Positions 1 to 9,708 of a stretch of DNA of 32,000 nt are shown piece by piece. The stretch is from Planctomycetales bacterium. GTDB taxonomy: Bacteria; 4484-113; JAFGCY01. The notes under the pieces were generated by a model. It was not told where the DNA came from. It searched no databases and saw only the letters and a program-made list of their open reading frames with translations. The translations under genes and the position numbers were made by a program. The stretch lies in NCBI GenBank assembly GCA_022646745.1, contig CP060262.1:3600001-3632000 (forward strand), written 5' to 3'. The number at the start of each line of letters is the position of its first letter. Positions within the stretch are counted from its first letter, which is position 1.

Positions 1-744
1 GCAGTAGGGCCGGTCCTTGCGCAGGTCCATTTCAATGCCGACCGCTCGCAGCAGCGGCCCCATCAGGCCATAGCTGATACAGCGCTCACGCGACATCGGG
101 CCAATGCCCTTGGTGCGCTCCAGCCAGATCGGGTTCTTCGTGAGCAGCCCGTGCAGGCGGTCGATCTCCTTGCCGAAGCCCTCCGCCCAGGTGCGGACCA
201 TCTCGTCGAAGCCCTCAGGCACGTCCTCCTTGCAGCCACCGATGCGGATGTAGCTCGTCATCATGCGCTGGCCGCCGACGAACTCGTAGATGTCCAGCAG
301 CTTCTCGCGCTCCGCGGTGCCGTACATGAAGGCCGTGCTGGCTCCGATGTCCAGCGCGTGGGTGGCAATCCACAACAGGTGGCTCATGCAGCGGGAAATC
401 TCGTGCATGATCACGCGGATGTAGCTCGCCCGTGCCGGGATCTCGCCGCCGATCAGCTTCTCCACCGCCAGGCAGTAGGCCAGCTCATTGTTCATCGGGG
501 CCAGGTAGTCCATCCGGCAGTAGTGTGTGATGTTCTGGGTATAGTTGTGGTGCTCGCTGAGCTTCTCGATGCCGGTGTGCAGGTAGCCGATGTGCGGGAT
601 GCATTTCATCACGCGCTCGCCGTCCAGCTCCAGCACGAGGCGCAGCACGCCGTGTGTGCTCGGGTGCTGCGGGCCCATGTTGATGACCATCAGCTTGCCG
701 GGTTCGTTCTGCTCAATTGTCAGGTTCTGCAGGTCCATCGACAT
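1..744 (-). CDS. nuoD: NADH-quinone oxidoreductase subunit D, N-terminal ~248 codons (3' end runs off the window)
   Basis: Absent from the ORF track because it is truncated. My reverse-complement translation from the ATG at 744-742 reads MSMDLQNLTIEQNEPGKLMVINMGPQHPSTHGVLRLVLELDGERVMKCIPHIGYLHTGIEKL..., the conserved NuoD/49-kDa N-terminus. It starts 8 nt after the nuoC stop. Confidence 0.9.
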   Translation of the reverse strand, partial: MSMDLQNLTIEQNEPGKLMVINMGPQHPSTHGVLRLVLELDGERVMKCIPHIGYLHTGIEKLSEHHNYTQNITHYCRMDYLAPMNNELAYCLAVEKLIGGEIPARASYIRVIMHEISRCMSHLLWIATHALDIGASTAFMYGTAEREKLLDIYEFVGGQRMMTSYIRIGGCKEDVPEGFDEMVRTWAEGFGKEIDRLHGLLTKNPIWLERTKGIGPMSRERCISYGLMGPLLRAVGIEMDLRKDRPYC

Positions 745-752
745 AGCTGCCC

Positions 753-1301
753 CTAGTTCTCCAGGATATCGAACTTCGCTTCCGGCTCGGCCACGCTCGC
801 ACCGAGTTTCCAGACCGGCTTGCCGTCATACGGGTAGTCACGGCGCAGCGGGTGCCCGTCCCAGTTCTCCGGCAGCAGGATGCGCCGCTGGTCGGGATGG
901 CCCTTGAAGTTGATGCCGTACAGGTCGTAGGCCTCACGCTCGTGCCAGTTTGAGGCCATGAAGATGTCGGCGACGCTGTCAATCTCGGGCAGGTCCTTCT
1001 CGCTGCCGGTGTCCGCCAGGCGGCAGCGCACCCGGATGCGGTTGGCAGTGTCCACGCTATACATGTCGTAGACCAGCTCGAAGCGCGGTTCCTGCGGATG
1101 GTAGTCAACCACCGTCATGTAGCTCATCAGGTCAAAGCGCAGTCCGTCGGCATCACGCAGCTTCGTGAGCACCTCGCGGATGCTGCCGGCAGGCACCAGG
1201 ATCGAGAGGTCGCCGGCGGCGGTAGAGCTGTCCATGAGCATGTTGCCAAGTTCGTTCTTCGCCAGCTCTAGCAGCTGGTCGGCTGTCCTGAGGTCCGCCA
1301 T
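753..1301 (-). CDS. nuoC: NADH-quinone oxidoreductase subunit C
   Basis: 182-aa ORF with the NuoC/30-kDa signature (...SNWHEREAYDLYGINFKGHPDQRRILLPENWDGHPLRRDYP...). Its ATG overlaps the nuoB stop (TAATG at 1299-1303). Confidence 0.92.
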   Translation of the reverse strand: MADLRTADQLLELAKNELGNMLMDSSTAAGDLSILVPAGSIREVLTKLRDADGLRFDLMSYMTVVDYHPQEPRFELVYDMYSVDTANRIRVRCRLADTGSEKDLPEIDSVADIFMASNWHEREAYDLYGINFKGHPDQRRILLPENWDGHPLRRDYPYDGKPVWKLGASVAEPEAKFDILEN

Positions 1302-1870
1302 TACTTGCCGTCCATCCTGCCCGAGGGCTCAGCCTTGGGGTTCATGGCACGGCCGGTGCGGATCTTGTTCTGCAGCTTGATCAGGCCGTCCTGCAGCGCT
1401 TCGGGGCGCGGCGGGCAGCCGGGGATGTAGAGGTCAACAGGGATGATGTGGTCCACGCCGGGCACGATGCTGTAGGTCTGGAACACGCCGCCGCAGCTGG
1501 CGCAGGCGCCCATGCTGATCACCCACTTGGGGTGCGGCATCTGCTCGTACAGCTCGCGGATCACGGGAGCCATCTTCCAGCTCAGGCGGCCGGGCACGAT
1601 CATCAGGTCGGCCTGGCGCGGGGAGGCACGGAACACCTCACTGCCGAAGCGGCTCTGGTCGAAGCGCGCCGCACTGGAGGCCATCATCTCGATGGCGCAG
1701 CAGGCCAGGCCGAAAGCCATCGGCCAAAGGCTGTTGGTCTGGGCCACGCGCAACATCCAGTCCAGCTTGGTCATCAGGATTGAGCTGTCGCCGGGATTCC
1801 AGTTGTCAATGTATGGCCGGATGTCCGTGTTCGACGGAGCATTGATCAGCCTCGTATCGGGATTCGTCAT
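1301..1870 (-). CDS. nuoB: NADH-quinone oxidoreductase subunit B
   Basis: Internal Met 93 of the 281-aa ORF (MTNPDTRL...). NuoB/PSST motifs are present: [10 protein letters not shown], cluster-N2 cysteines [18 protein letters not shown]. The ATG at 1870 overlaps the nuoA stop (ATGA). Confidence 0.92.
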   Translation of the reverse strand: MTNPDTRLINAPSNTDIRPYIDNWNPGDSSILMTKLDWMLRVAQTNSLWPMAFGLACCAIEMMASSAARFDQSRFGSEVFRASPRQADLMIVPGRLSWKMAPVIRELYEQMPHPKWVISMGACASCGGVFQTYSIVPGVDHIIPVDLYIPGCPPRPEALQDGLIKLQNKIRTGRAMNPKAEPSGRMDGK

Positions 1871-2283
1871 TGCCTGAGCTCCTTGGGAGGCGGCGGGCCT
1901 TCGTGGCCCCAGTCGAAGATGCCGCTCCTGAGGTCGTACATGTATCCGATCACAAGCACGATGAAGAACGGCGCCATGATGCCCAGCCAGTAGGCGGTGG
2001 CCCCGATCTCCCGGAATTCCTGCGCGGTGACCGCCCAGGGAACGAGGAAGATCGTTTCCACATCGAAGATCACGAACAGGATGCCGACGAGGTAGTAGTG
2101 GATCGGATAGCGGTCCAGCTTGAAGCCCTCGTTGGGCATGCCGCATTCGTAGGGCCGCGACCAGTCATAGGAATCGGACTTGACGGTGATCGCGAAGCGA
2201 TGGCTGACGAGGATCAGCAAGGCGCTGACACCCAGCATCATGGCAAAGAAGATGAAGATTCCCACGTACTCGGATAAATTCAT
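1867..2283 (-). CDS. nuoA: NADH-quinone oxidoreductase subunit A
   Basis: 138-aa, three-TM protein with PYECGMP...[12 protein letters not shown], typical of NuoA/ND3. It is the first gene of the nuoABCD order. Confidence 0.9.
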   Translation of the reverse strand: MNLSEYVGIFIFFAMMLGVSALLILVSHRFAITVKSDSYDWSRPYECGMPNEGFKLDRYPIHYYLVGILFVIFDVETIFLVPWAVTAQEFREIGATAYWLGIMAPFFIVLVIGYMYDLRSGIFDWGHEGPPPPKELRQ

Positions 2284-2492
2284 GCCATTCCTCTGCCAGA
2301 AAGCAAATACGGGCCGGTACAGAACTGCACCTTGACCCCGTACTTAGCCATTCCGGTTAGGTCCCGGGGTTAATCGTAACTGCAATTACGATTGCCACCC
2401 CTTTTACTACTTGAATTCAGGACGGCCTGATTATATACGTGATTGCGGAATCAAACAACCGCTTATCCACCTATCTGCCCATTTATTCACAA

Positions 2493-3800
2493 TTAAACGG
2501 TGCCGCTGCGCTCACGCCGGAGCTGCTGCCTGCGCTCTCCTGAGGCGACCAGCATGCTTTCCCGGCTGAGGCTGCGCACCTCCGCCAGCCCAATTGCGAT
2601 GATCAGTGAGACACTGACCATGCTCACGATCAGGCTGGTGCCGCCCACTGAGAAGAATGGCAGGGTCAGTCCACTGTTGGGCACTACATTCGTGGTTACC
2701 GCGATATTTACCATCGCCTGCAGGCAAATCGTGAATCCAATTGCGGCTGCGACTGTCCTGTGGAATGGTTCCCGGCAGCGGCCTGCGAGTTCGGAAGAAA
2801 ACCAGGCGAGGGCCACGAACAGCCCCATCACGAAGATCCCGCCGAGCAAGCCCAGCTCCTCGATGATGATCGGGAAGACGAAGTCGGTGCGTGCGAAGGG
2901 CAGGCGGTTGAGCTTCTGTTCGCTGCGGAGGTAGCCGCGGCCAGCGGTGCCACCATCGATGATCGCACCCATAGACTGGGTGATCTGGAATGAGGCGGCG
3001 TTCTCGTTCTCCATCGGGTTGCGAAAGGTCTCCAGCCGCTGGCTGACGTAGGGCACGAAATACGGCGCCACGTAGAACACGGACAGCCCGAGCACGACCA
3101 GCGTGGCCAGGATGGCAATCTTCTGCATGCGGCTGATGCCGGCGATGAACAGCGTGATCACGCTGGCGGCCACGATGATCGCGGTACTGCCGAGGTCCGG
3201 CTGGATCACGGTGAAGCCCGCTGCAGCCCCGATCGCAAGGAAGGCCAGCAGCGGGGCATGCGGCCAGTTGGGCCGCCTGCTGCTGAGCACCCTGCCCTGT
3301 TCCTTGGCCTTCAGTATCTCCTCAGGCTGGCGACGCCACCAGCACAGCAGCTGGGCAAGGTAGAGGATCAGGAACAGCTTCAGCAGTTCCGACGACTGGA
3401 AGGTGATGCCCATCACCTCGATCGAACGCGTGGCACCGTTGGCGGATACACCAAGGTCCGTCAGGGAAACGAGTGCAACAAGTGAGAGGCTGACCAGGAA
3501 GAACACCGGGATCACGAAGCGCGCCCAGCGGCGGATCGGCGAGAAGGCGACAAAGGCGCTGATGCCGACGAGGCTCAGCACCACGCCGATGCCCATCATC
3601 ATCATGTGGCGGATGAAGTCGCCGTAGGGAGCTTCACCGGCGGCAATGTTCGAGTAGACCGTGGTTGAATAGACCATCGCGGCACCCATCAGCATCAGCA
3701 GGATGAGCACGATGGCAACGCTGCGCACGGAGGCCTGCAGCGCACGGATGCGCGGACGCGCGCTGAGTGCCACTGGAGACGTCTGAGTCTCGTATCCCAC
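2493..3800 (-). CDS. ftsW: SEDS-family peptidoglycan polymerase FtsW (GTG start)
   Basis: 435-aa polytopic membrane protein of the FtsW/RodA/SpoVE type (...QPDLGSTAII..., ...TDFVFPIIIEELGLLGG..., ...GLTLPFFSVGGTSL...). It lies directly downstream of murD in the dcw cluster. Confidence 0.85.
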   Translation of the reverse strand: MGYETQTSPVALSARPRIRALQASVRSVAIVLILLMLMGAAMVYSTTVYSNIAAGEAPYGDFIRHMMMMGIGVVLSLVGISAFVAFSPIRRWARFVIPVFFLVSLSLVALVSLTDLGVSANGATRSIEVMGITFQSSELLKLFLILYLAQLLCWWRRQPEEILKAKEQGRVLSSRRPNWPHAPLLAFLAIGAAAGFTVIQPDLGSTAIIVAASVITLFIAGISRMQKIAILATLVVLGLSVFYVAPYFVPYVSQRLETFRNPMENENAASFQITQSMGAIIDGGTAGRGYLRSEQKLNRLPFARTDFVFPIIIEELGLLGGIFVMGLFVALAWFSSELAGRCREPFHRTVAAAIGFTICLQAMVNIAVTTNVVPNSGLTLPFFSVGGTSLIVSMVSVSLIIAIGLAEVRSLSRESMLVASGERRQQLRRERSGTV

Positions 3801-3827
3801 TGTTCACCTCAAAACCCGGCGGCGTGC

Positions 3828-5195
3828 TCAGCCAAGCTCAAGCGATGCGACGATCTGCTTGAAGTGCTCACCGCGCACGTCGAAACCGGGGTACTGGTCG
3901 AAGCTGGCGCAGGCCGGTGACAACAGCAGTGTTCCACCCTCGCCCGCCAGTTGCCGTACACCCTCACGCACGGCCTGTTCGACGTTATCAACCCTCGAGA
4001 TTCCATTATAACCTGCTGCGCGCAGTTCCTGCTCGAATCTGTCAGCGGCTTCGCCATAGACGATGGCATGCTGCGCCTTCTGCTTCAGCAGCTCAACCAT
4101 CGCAGACAGGTCGGTATTCTTGTCACGACCACCGAGGATGATTGCCAGTGGACCCTCCATCGCCCTGAGCGCGATGATCGTGGCCTCTGGATTGGTGGCC
4201 TTGCTATCGTTGTAGAAGCGGATCCCGCCTGCCTCGCGGCAGAGCTCGATGCGGTGTTCATAGCCGTGGAAGCTGGACAGGCGTTCAATGATCGTCTCAG
4301 CCGTGGCCCCGACCGTCAGGCAGGCGAGGATCGCCGCCATTGCATTCTCCACATTATGCAGGCCCGGGATCTGGATGCAGTCGAGCGGGATCTCCGCCCC
4401 TTCGCTGCCAAGGTCGCAGATGATGCGGTCATTGGCAAGCCAGGCCCCGCGCAGTCGGTTGCCTGGGGTGGAGCGGTACTGCAGGAAGTGCAGGTCCGGC
4501 CGGTTGAACACGTCGGGGTGGAACTCCGGGGTCATGGCGTTCGTGATCACGAAGTCCCCTTCCTGCATGTTGTCGACCATGCGCCGCTTGATGCGGGCGT
4601 ACTCCTCCACGGTGCCGTGGCGGTCCAGGTGGTCCGGCGTCAGGTTTGTATAGATCGCGATGCGGGGCGCGAAGGCATCAATCGCCTCAAGCTGGTAGCT
4701 GGACACCTCCAGCGCGACGAACTCATTGGGCTGGATCTCATCGAGGCTGGCCAGCAGCGGGGAACCGATGTTGCCAAGCACATGGCAGGGGCCGAGCGCC
4801 GAGAGGATGTGCCCGAGCATCACGGTGGTGGTGCTCTTGCCGTTGGTGCCGGTGATGCCGATCAGGTAGCCCTCGCAGTAGCGCGAGGCGAACTCCAGCT
4901 CGGAGATCACGTTCACACCCGCTGCCAGCGCTGCCGACACGTTTTCGTTCGTCAATGGCACGCCGGGGCTGACGATCAGGGTGTCCAGCTCCCTGGCCTG
5001 CTTGAGTGCGTCGTCACCCGCCAGCAGGTCATAGCGGTCCTCGGCCTCCGCCTGCAGTCGTGTGAGATCTTCCGCAGTGGTGTTGTCAACAATCACCAGC
5101 GGGCGCACCATACGCGGCGCGAGGTACTCGACGCAGGCCCTGCCCGTCTTGCCGAGTCCGTAGATGCCAACCTTCTGTCCGAGCCAGTCGTTCAA
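3828..5195 (-). CDS. murD: UDP-N-acetylmuramoylalanine--D-glutamate ligase (TTG start)
   Basis: 455 aa. N-terminal GLGKTG Rossmann-like motif, Mur-ligase P-loop GITGTNGKSTT, C-terminal ...LLSPACASFDQY... Sits at the dcw position between mraY and ftsW. Confidence 0.92.
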   Translation of the reverse strand: MNDWLGQKVGIYGLGKTGRACVEYLAPRMVRPLVIVDNTTAEDLTRLQAEAEDRYDLLAGDDALKQARELDTLIVSPGVPLTNENVSAALAAGVNVISELEFASRYCEGYLIGITGTNGKSTTTVMLGHILSALGPCHVLGNIGSPLLASLDEIQPNEFVALEVSSYQLEAIDAFAPRIAIYTNLTPDHLDRHGTVEEYARIKRRMVDNMQEGDFVITNAMTPEFHPDVFNRPDLHFLQYRSTPGNRLRGAWLANDRIICDLGSEGAEIPLDCIQIPGLHNVENAMAAILACLTVGATAETIIERLSSFHGYEHRIELCREAGGIRFYNDSKATNPEATIIALRAMEGPLAIILGGRDKNTDLSAMVELLKQKAQHAIVYGEAADRFEQELRAAGYNGISRVDNVEQAVREGVRQLAGEGGTLLLSPACASFDQYPGFDVRGEHFKQIVASLELG

Positions 5196-5225
5196 TTTCG
5201 TGTCCGGGAATAATGATTGTGGAAA

Positions 5226-6293
5226 TTATGCAACACGCGTGCGGTATCGCAGCACGAGAAAGATGAAAGACATCACAAGCAGTACGCTGCTGGCGATTCC
5301 GGCTATTGGCCCGACCATGAGCCAGAGCCAGGCACTGAGGCAGCCCCAGGCCTGCAGGGCGGCAAACACGTAGACAACGGTGGTTTCCTTCCAGCCCGCC
5401 AGTTCGAAGTGGTGATGGATCGGTGTCATCAGGAAGATGCGTTTGCCACCGGTGCGTTTGAAGTAAACCACCTGCAGCATCACGCTCAGCACCTCCACCA
5501 CCCAGATGAAGGCGAACAGGCCGAGGTAGAGCCACAGACCGCTGAGCAGCGCCAGGCCGGCCACGAATGCACCAATGCAAAGCGAGCCGCTGTCTCCAAT
5601 GTAGATGCTGGCCGGTTTCCAGTTGAAGTTGAGAAAGGCTATCAACAGGCCAATGATCACTGCTGCAGCTAGGATGTCCGTATCTGGCAGCAATTTCATC
5701 GTGCTGAAGATGAACAGCATTGACAACAGGCTGGCAAGCGTTGTAGTCCCAAGTAATCCGTCCAGACCATCCGTGAAGTTGCTGCCATTGATGGCTCCAA
5801 GCCAGATGAACAGGCCGAGCGCGTAGTACAGCCAGTTGGGCAAATCCAGCACGAAACTGACCCCAGTAATGGTTCCATCCATTATCTGAGTCAGCCCAGC
5901 GGCAATGTCAGGCCTGATGTGGAACAGCAACAGAGCGCCGACCAGCAGCATTGCCGGAAACTTGAAGCGCGCCTTCAGCCCTGCGCTGCCACCCAGCACT
6001 TTGGCCCGGTCATCAACGAAACCCAGCAGTCCCATCAGGGCCGCAGCCAGGCAGACCCAGATCATTGGCTGGTCCGCTCCACCGGAAACAAGGAGGAGAG
6101 ATATGCCCAGCATGCCGATCACAAAGACCAGCCCCGCACCGGTTGGCACCCTGCCCTTCTTCAGGTGATGGCTCGGCCCGTCTTCCCGGAAGGCCTGATT
6201 CATGCGCCCACCGACGATTTTCCTGTAGAGCCAGAACAATCCCAGGCCAACAGCCATCGAGCACAGTGCGACCAGGGTCAGGCTGAACGGCAC
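5226..6293 (-). CDS. mraY: phospho-N-acetylmuramoyl-pentapeptide transferase (GTG start)
   Basis: 355-aa polytopic protein with MraY motifs (...GFVDDRAKV..., NGSNFTDGLDGL, ...IFLMTPIHHHFEL...). Confidence 0.92.
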   Translation of the reverse strand: MPFSLTLVALCSMAVGLGLFWLYRKIVGGRMNQAFREDGPSHHLKKGRVPTGAGLVFVIGMLGISLLLVSGGADQPMIWVCLAAALMGLLGFVDDRAKVLGGSAGLKARFKFPAMLLVGALLLFHIRPDIAAGLTQIMDGTITGVSFVLDLPNWLYYALGLFIWLGAINGSNFTDGLDGLLGTTTLASLLSMLFIFSTMKLLPDTDILAAAVIIGLLIAFLNFNWKPASIYIGDSGSLCIGAFVAGLALLSGLWLYLGLFAFIWVVEVLSVMLQVVYFKRTGGKRIFLMTPIHHHFELAGWKETTVVYVFAALQAWGCLSAWLWLMVGPIAGIASSVLLVMSFIFLVLRYRTRVA

Positions 6294-6295
6294 CG

Positions 6296-8017
6296 TCAGA
6301 CCGCCGTGCCGTTGAGCAGGTCGTTGACGACGCGCTCCAGGTGCAGGGCGCGGCTGCCCTTGACCATCACCACCTTGGGCTTGTCATTGCGGTTGATCGC
6401 GCTGAGCAGTAGGGCACTGAGCTTGCTGGCTGCACGGTCGTCGAGGATAACGGTGTCGCCACGCTGGCGCTGCTCGGCCTGCTGGGCCCGGTTGCCAGCA
6501 CGCATCGGAGCGCCGAATTCGCGTGTGCTGCGCTCACCATGCATCGGCGCACCGAAGCTGCGGTCCTCCGGGCGGAAGCCCATCGAAGCCTCCAGTTCGC
6601 TGCGGCCTTCTATGTAGAACAGCTCCACATCATCCAGGCCCTCCACCTCGTTGAAGGCGTTCATGCGCGGCCCGATCGCATACACCTGCTTGAGCGGCAG
6701 GTTGAGCGTTGTCAGCGCGCACTGGCGGTGCAGCAGGGTCTCGTATTTGCCGAGCTCAAGCATGTCACCGATCACGAGGATCTTCTCAAAGCTGTCGTCA
6801 ATATTGAGCAGCAGCTCCAGGCTGTCACGCACGCTGGCCGGTGAGCTGTTGTAGCAGTCGTCAATCAGGAACAGGTCCTGCCCGAGCTGGAACAGGTTCA
6901 GGCGCTGCGGCGCAGGCAGCAGTTCAGGAGCCGCCTCGGCGATGTCGTCGAGAGTCAGGCCAAGCTTCAGTCCCGCAGTGGCAGCGGCGGTCAGGTTCTC
7001 GATTGCACCGCGACCGAGCATATGCAGGTTGACCTCGACCTTGCCTTCCTTCGTGCAGAGCATGAAGCGGCTGCCGTCGATCCCGAGCAGCTTCACGTCC
7101 TCCAGCCAGACATCGGCCTCCGGCAGGTCCAGCGGCAGCTCGAAGTTGTCATTGCGGGTGATGAAGGGCGGGATACCGCTGTTTCGGTAGGCCTCGGAAG
7201 CATCGAAGTACATGATGTCGTACTCATCACGGTTGGCCTTACGGTTGCCGATCTCCTCGAGGATGCCGAACAGGTTCTCATCGCGGCGGTTGAGCACGAC
7301 GGTACCGCCGGGTACCAGGCCGTCAACGATCTCGCCCTTGGCCTTGTAGACCTCCTCGAAGGAACCAAGCCGGCCCACATGGCTGCCCGATGTATTGGTG
7401 ATCATCGCGATGTTGGGATGTGAGATGCGGGAAAGCAGGCTGATCTCACCTCGGGCGCGCATCGCCATCTCCACCACTGTCATTTCGGTATAGGCATTGA
7501 TGCGACTCAGGGCCAGGGGTACGCCGATCTCGTTGTTGAAGTTCTTCTCGGTGCCGACGGTCTGGAAACGCTTGGCCAGCAGCTGGATCAGCATCTCCTT
7601 GGTGCCGGTCTTGCCGACGGAGCCGGTCACGCCGATCACTTTCGTGTCAAACTGGCGGCGGAACCACTCGGCCATCTTCTGCAGCGAGACCAGCGTGTGG
7701 CGCACCTCGATCACGCAGACATCCTCAAACTCGAGGAAACCGCGCTGCACCTGGGAGCGCAGCCAGCTGAGGATTTCGTGGATCTGGTGGTGGCCGGTGC
7801 GCACGAAGCAAGCCACGGCGCCCTTGCCGATGCTGTCGATGATGAACTGGTGCCCGTCGCGGCTCTGGCCCATCAGCGGCACGAACAGCGTGCGGTGGTC
7901 GACATAACGGCTGTCGATGCAGTAGTTGCCGAAGCGGATGTCCGGGTTGCCATGCAGCAGGCGCCCACCGATGGCAGGCAGCAGCTCGCCGATGGCGAAC
8001 GTGGATTCGTTACCCAT
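6296..8017 (-). CDS. murF: UDP-MurNAc-tripeptide--D-alanyl-D-alanine ligase, unusually long (573 aa)
   Basis: Mur-ligase P-loop GVTGSVGKTGTKEM, C-terminal ...VMVKGSRALHLERVV..., and dcw position. It contains an extra low-complexity block near the C-terminus (see findings). Confidence 0.88.
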   Translation of the reverse strand: MGNESTFAIGELLPAIGGRLLHGNPDIRFGNYCIDSRYVDHRTLFVPLMGQSRDGHQFIIDSIGKGAVACFVRTGHHQIHEILSWLRSQVQRGFLEFEDVCVIEVRHTLVSLQKMAEWFRRQFDTKVIGVTGSVGKTGTKEMLIQLLAKRFQTVGTEKNFNNEIGVPLALSRINAYTEMTVVEMAMRARGEISLLSRISHPNIAMITNTSGSHVGRLGSFEEVYKAKGEIVDGLVPGGTVVLNRRDENLFGILEEIGNRKANRDEYDIMYFDASEAYRNSGIPPFITRNDNFELPLDLPEADVWLEDVKLLGIDGSRFMLCTKEGKVEVNLHMLGRGAIENLTAAATAGLKLGLTLDDIAEAAPELLPAPQRLNLFQLGQDLFLIDDCYNSSPASVRDSLELLLNIDDSFEKILVIGDMLELGKYETLLHRQCALTTLNLPLKQVYAIGPRMNAFNEVEGLDDVELFYIEGRSELEASMGFRPEDRSFGAPMHGERSTREFGAPMRAGNRAQQAEQRQRGDTVILDDRAASKLSALLLSAINRNDKPKVVMVKGSRALHLERVVNDLLNGTAV

Positions 8018-8184
8018 TGTCAGTTACCTCAGTATCAACTTTCCCGGGCGGTCCCGGGTCGCTGCCGGAGCGTGCATCCTATGGGACACCGTGTTCCGCC
8101 ACCGTCGAAAGGAAACATAATGAGTGGCGGTCTGGTTGTCCGGCAGGCCATTATTCTAGGACATAATCCGCATTTCACCGCGGA

Positions 8185-9708
8185 TCAGGTAATGCTACCG
8201 CCCTGCCCTGCAAAATACTTCTCCACTTCCTCAGAGTCTGAGAAATGAATCGTCCGGTCGCGCAGGATCTGGTAGTCCTCGTGGCCCTTGCCGGCGATCA
8301 GCACGAAGTCACCCGCACTGGCCTCAGCCAGGGCGCGCTGGATCGCCTCGCGCCGGTCCTCAACCCGCATCCATGGGCCGCCATCGGGGTCCAGCCCGGC
8401 CAGGATCTCGTCGATGATCGCGGATGGGTCCTCAGTGCGCGGGTTGTCGCTGGTGAAGATGGACAGGCCGCTGCCCTGCTGGGCGATGCGTCCCATCTGC
8501 GGGCGCTTGCTGCGGTCCCGGTCCCCGCCACAGCCGACCACGGTAATCAGTCGATTTCCCTGCGGCACGAGACGGCCCAGTGCACTGACCACGTTGTCCA
8601 CCGCGTCCGGGGTGTGGGCATAATCCACATATACATTTATCCCAGCCGGGTTCGGCACGCGCTGCAGGCGGCCGGGCACGTTGCTGAAGGCCGCCAGTGC
8701 ATCCTTCACCTGGGACAATTCGAGACTTTCCAGCAGGGCCACGCCCACGGCGGCGGTGCAGTTGAAGACCTGGAAGTCTCCCGCCAGGCTGCAGGAAAGG
8801 CAGGCCATGTTCGAATCCTCAGCGAGGCTTGCGGGCCAGATGCCGTTCTTGAGCACCAGTTTCCAGCGCACCCCGCTGGCATCCGCCTGCGGTTCCGAGA
8901 TCACCAGGTTGCTGGCACGTTCGGTGCCGTACTTAAGCAGCAGGCCGTCAAAGCGCGAGGCATATGAACGGCCTGTTTCATCGTCAAGGTTGATCACTGC
9001 ATAGCCGCCCTGTGGGGCAAGGTAGTCCTTGAACAGGATTTCCTTGGCCGCGGCGTAGTCCTGCATGCTGCCATGGTAGTCAAAGTGGTCCTGGCTGAGG
9101 TTGGTGAACACACCGCCGGCGAAGCGGATGCCGGCCACGCGCTGCTGCTGCAGGGCATGGCTGGAGACCTCCATCACGAGGTGCGTAGCTCCTTCCCGCA
9201 CAAGGTTGGCAAGCATCTGCTGGATGTCAGCAGCATCGGGAGTCGTCAGCGAACCGCTGAGGAACTCCGCAGCACCGGGCCGCAGCAGGCCGAGAGTGCC
9301 AAGTACCGCGGCGCGGCGGCCGGCTGAGTTGAGCAGGTGGCCGAGCAGCAGGGCGGTCGATGTCTTGCCGTTCGTGCCCGTGATGCCGATCACGCGCAGC
9401 TTTTCACTCGGGTTGCCGAACATGCGAGCATTCAGCAGCGCGTAGGCCCTGCGGCTGTCGCTGACGCGCACGAAGGAACCTGTTGCATCAGGGTCCAGCG
9501 GCGCACTCTGCACTACCACCGAAGCGCCTGCAGCCAGGGCCTGCGCGATGAAGCGGTGCCCGTCATATTGCGTGCCGGGGATGGCAACGAACACGCTGCC
9601 GGGGACCACCTTCCTGCTGTCGCTGACGACACGGTCAACTTCCATGTCGCCAAACAGGTTCATGTGGTCCAGGGAGTCCATTCCCTCCAGCAGGTCATCA
9701 AGTCTCAT
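8185..9708 (-). CDS. murE: UDP-MurNAc-L-Ala-D-Glu--2,6-diaminopimelate ligase
   Basis: I place the start at internal Met 27 (MRLDDLLEG...). P-loop GITGTNGKTST. The DNPR motif (FTSDNPRTEDP) is characteristic of meso-DAP-adding MurE. Overlaps the ftsI stop by 11 nt. Confidence 0.9.
   Translation of the reverse strand: MRLDDLLEGMDSLDHMNLFGDMEVDRVVSDSRKVVPGSVFVAIPGTQYDGHRFIAQALAAGASVVVQSAPLDPDATGSFVRVSDSRRAYALLNARMFGNPSEKLRVIGITGTNGKTSTALLLGHLLNSAGRRAAVLGTLGLLRPGAAEFLSGSLTTPDAADIQQMLANLVREGATHLVMEVSSHALQQQRVAGIRFAGGVFTNLSQDHFDYHGSMQDYAAAKEILFKDYLAPQGGYAVINLDDETGRSYASRFDGLLLKYGTERASNLVISEPQADASGVRWKLVLKNGIWPASLAEDSNMACLSCSLAGDFQVFNCTAAVGVALLESLELSQVKDALAAFSNVPGRLQRVPNPAGINVYVDYAHTPDAVDNVVSALGRLVPQGNRLITVVGCGGDRDRSKRPQMGRIAQQGSGLSIFTSDNPRTEDPSAIIDEILAGLDPDGGPWMRVEDRREAIQRALAEASAGDFVLIAGKGHEDYQILRDRTIHFSDSEEVEKYFAGQGGSIT

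Noticed and set aside
1871-2146. 92-codon N-terminal extension of the nuoB ORF
   Set aside because: It overlaps nuoA almost entirely in another frame and has an R/P/G-rich nonsense composition. The conserved NuoB sequence begins at the internal ATG at 1870, which forms an ATGA overlap with the nuoA stop.
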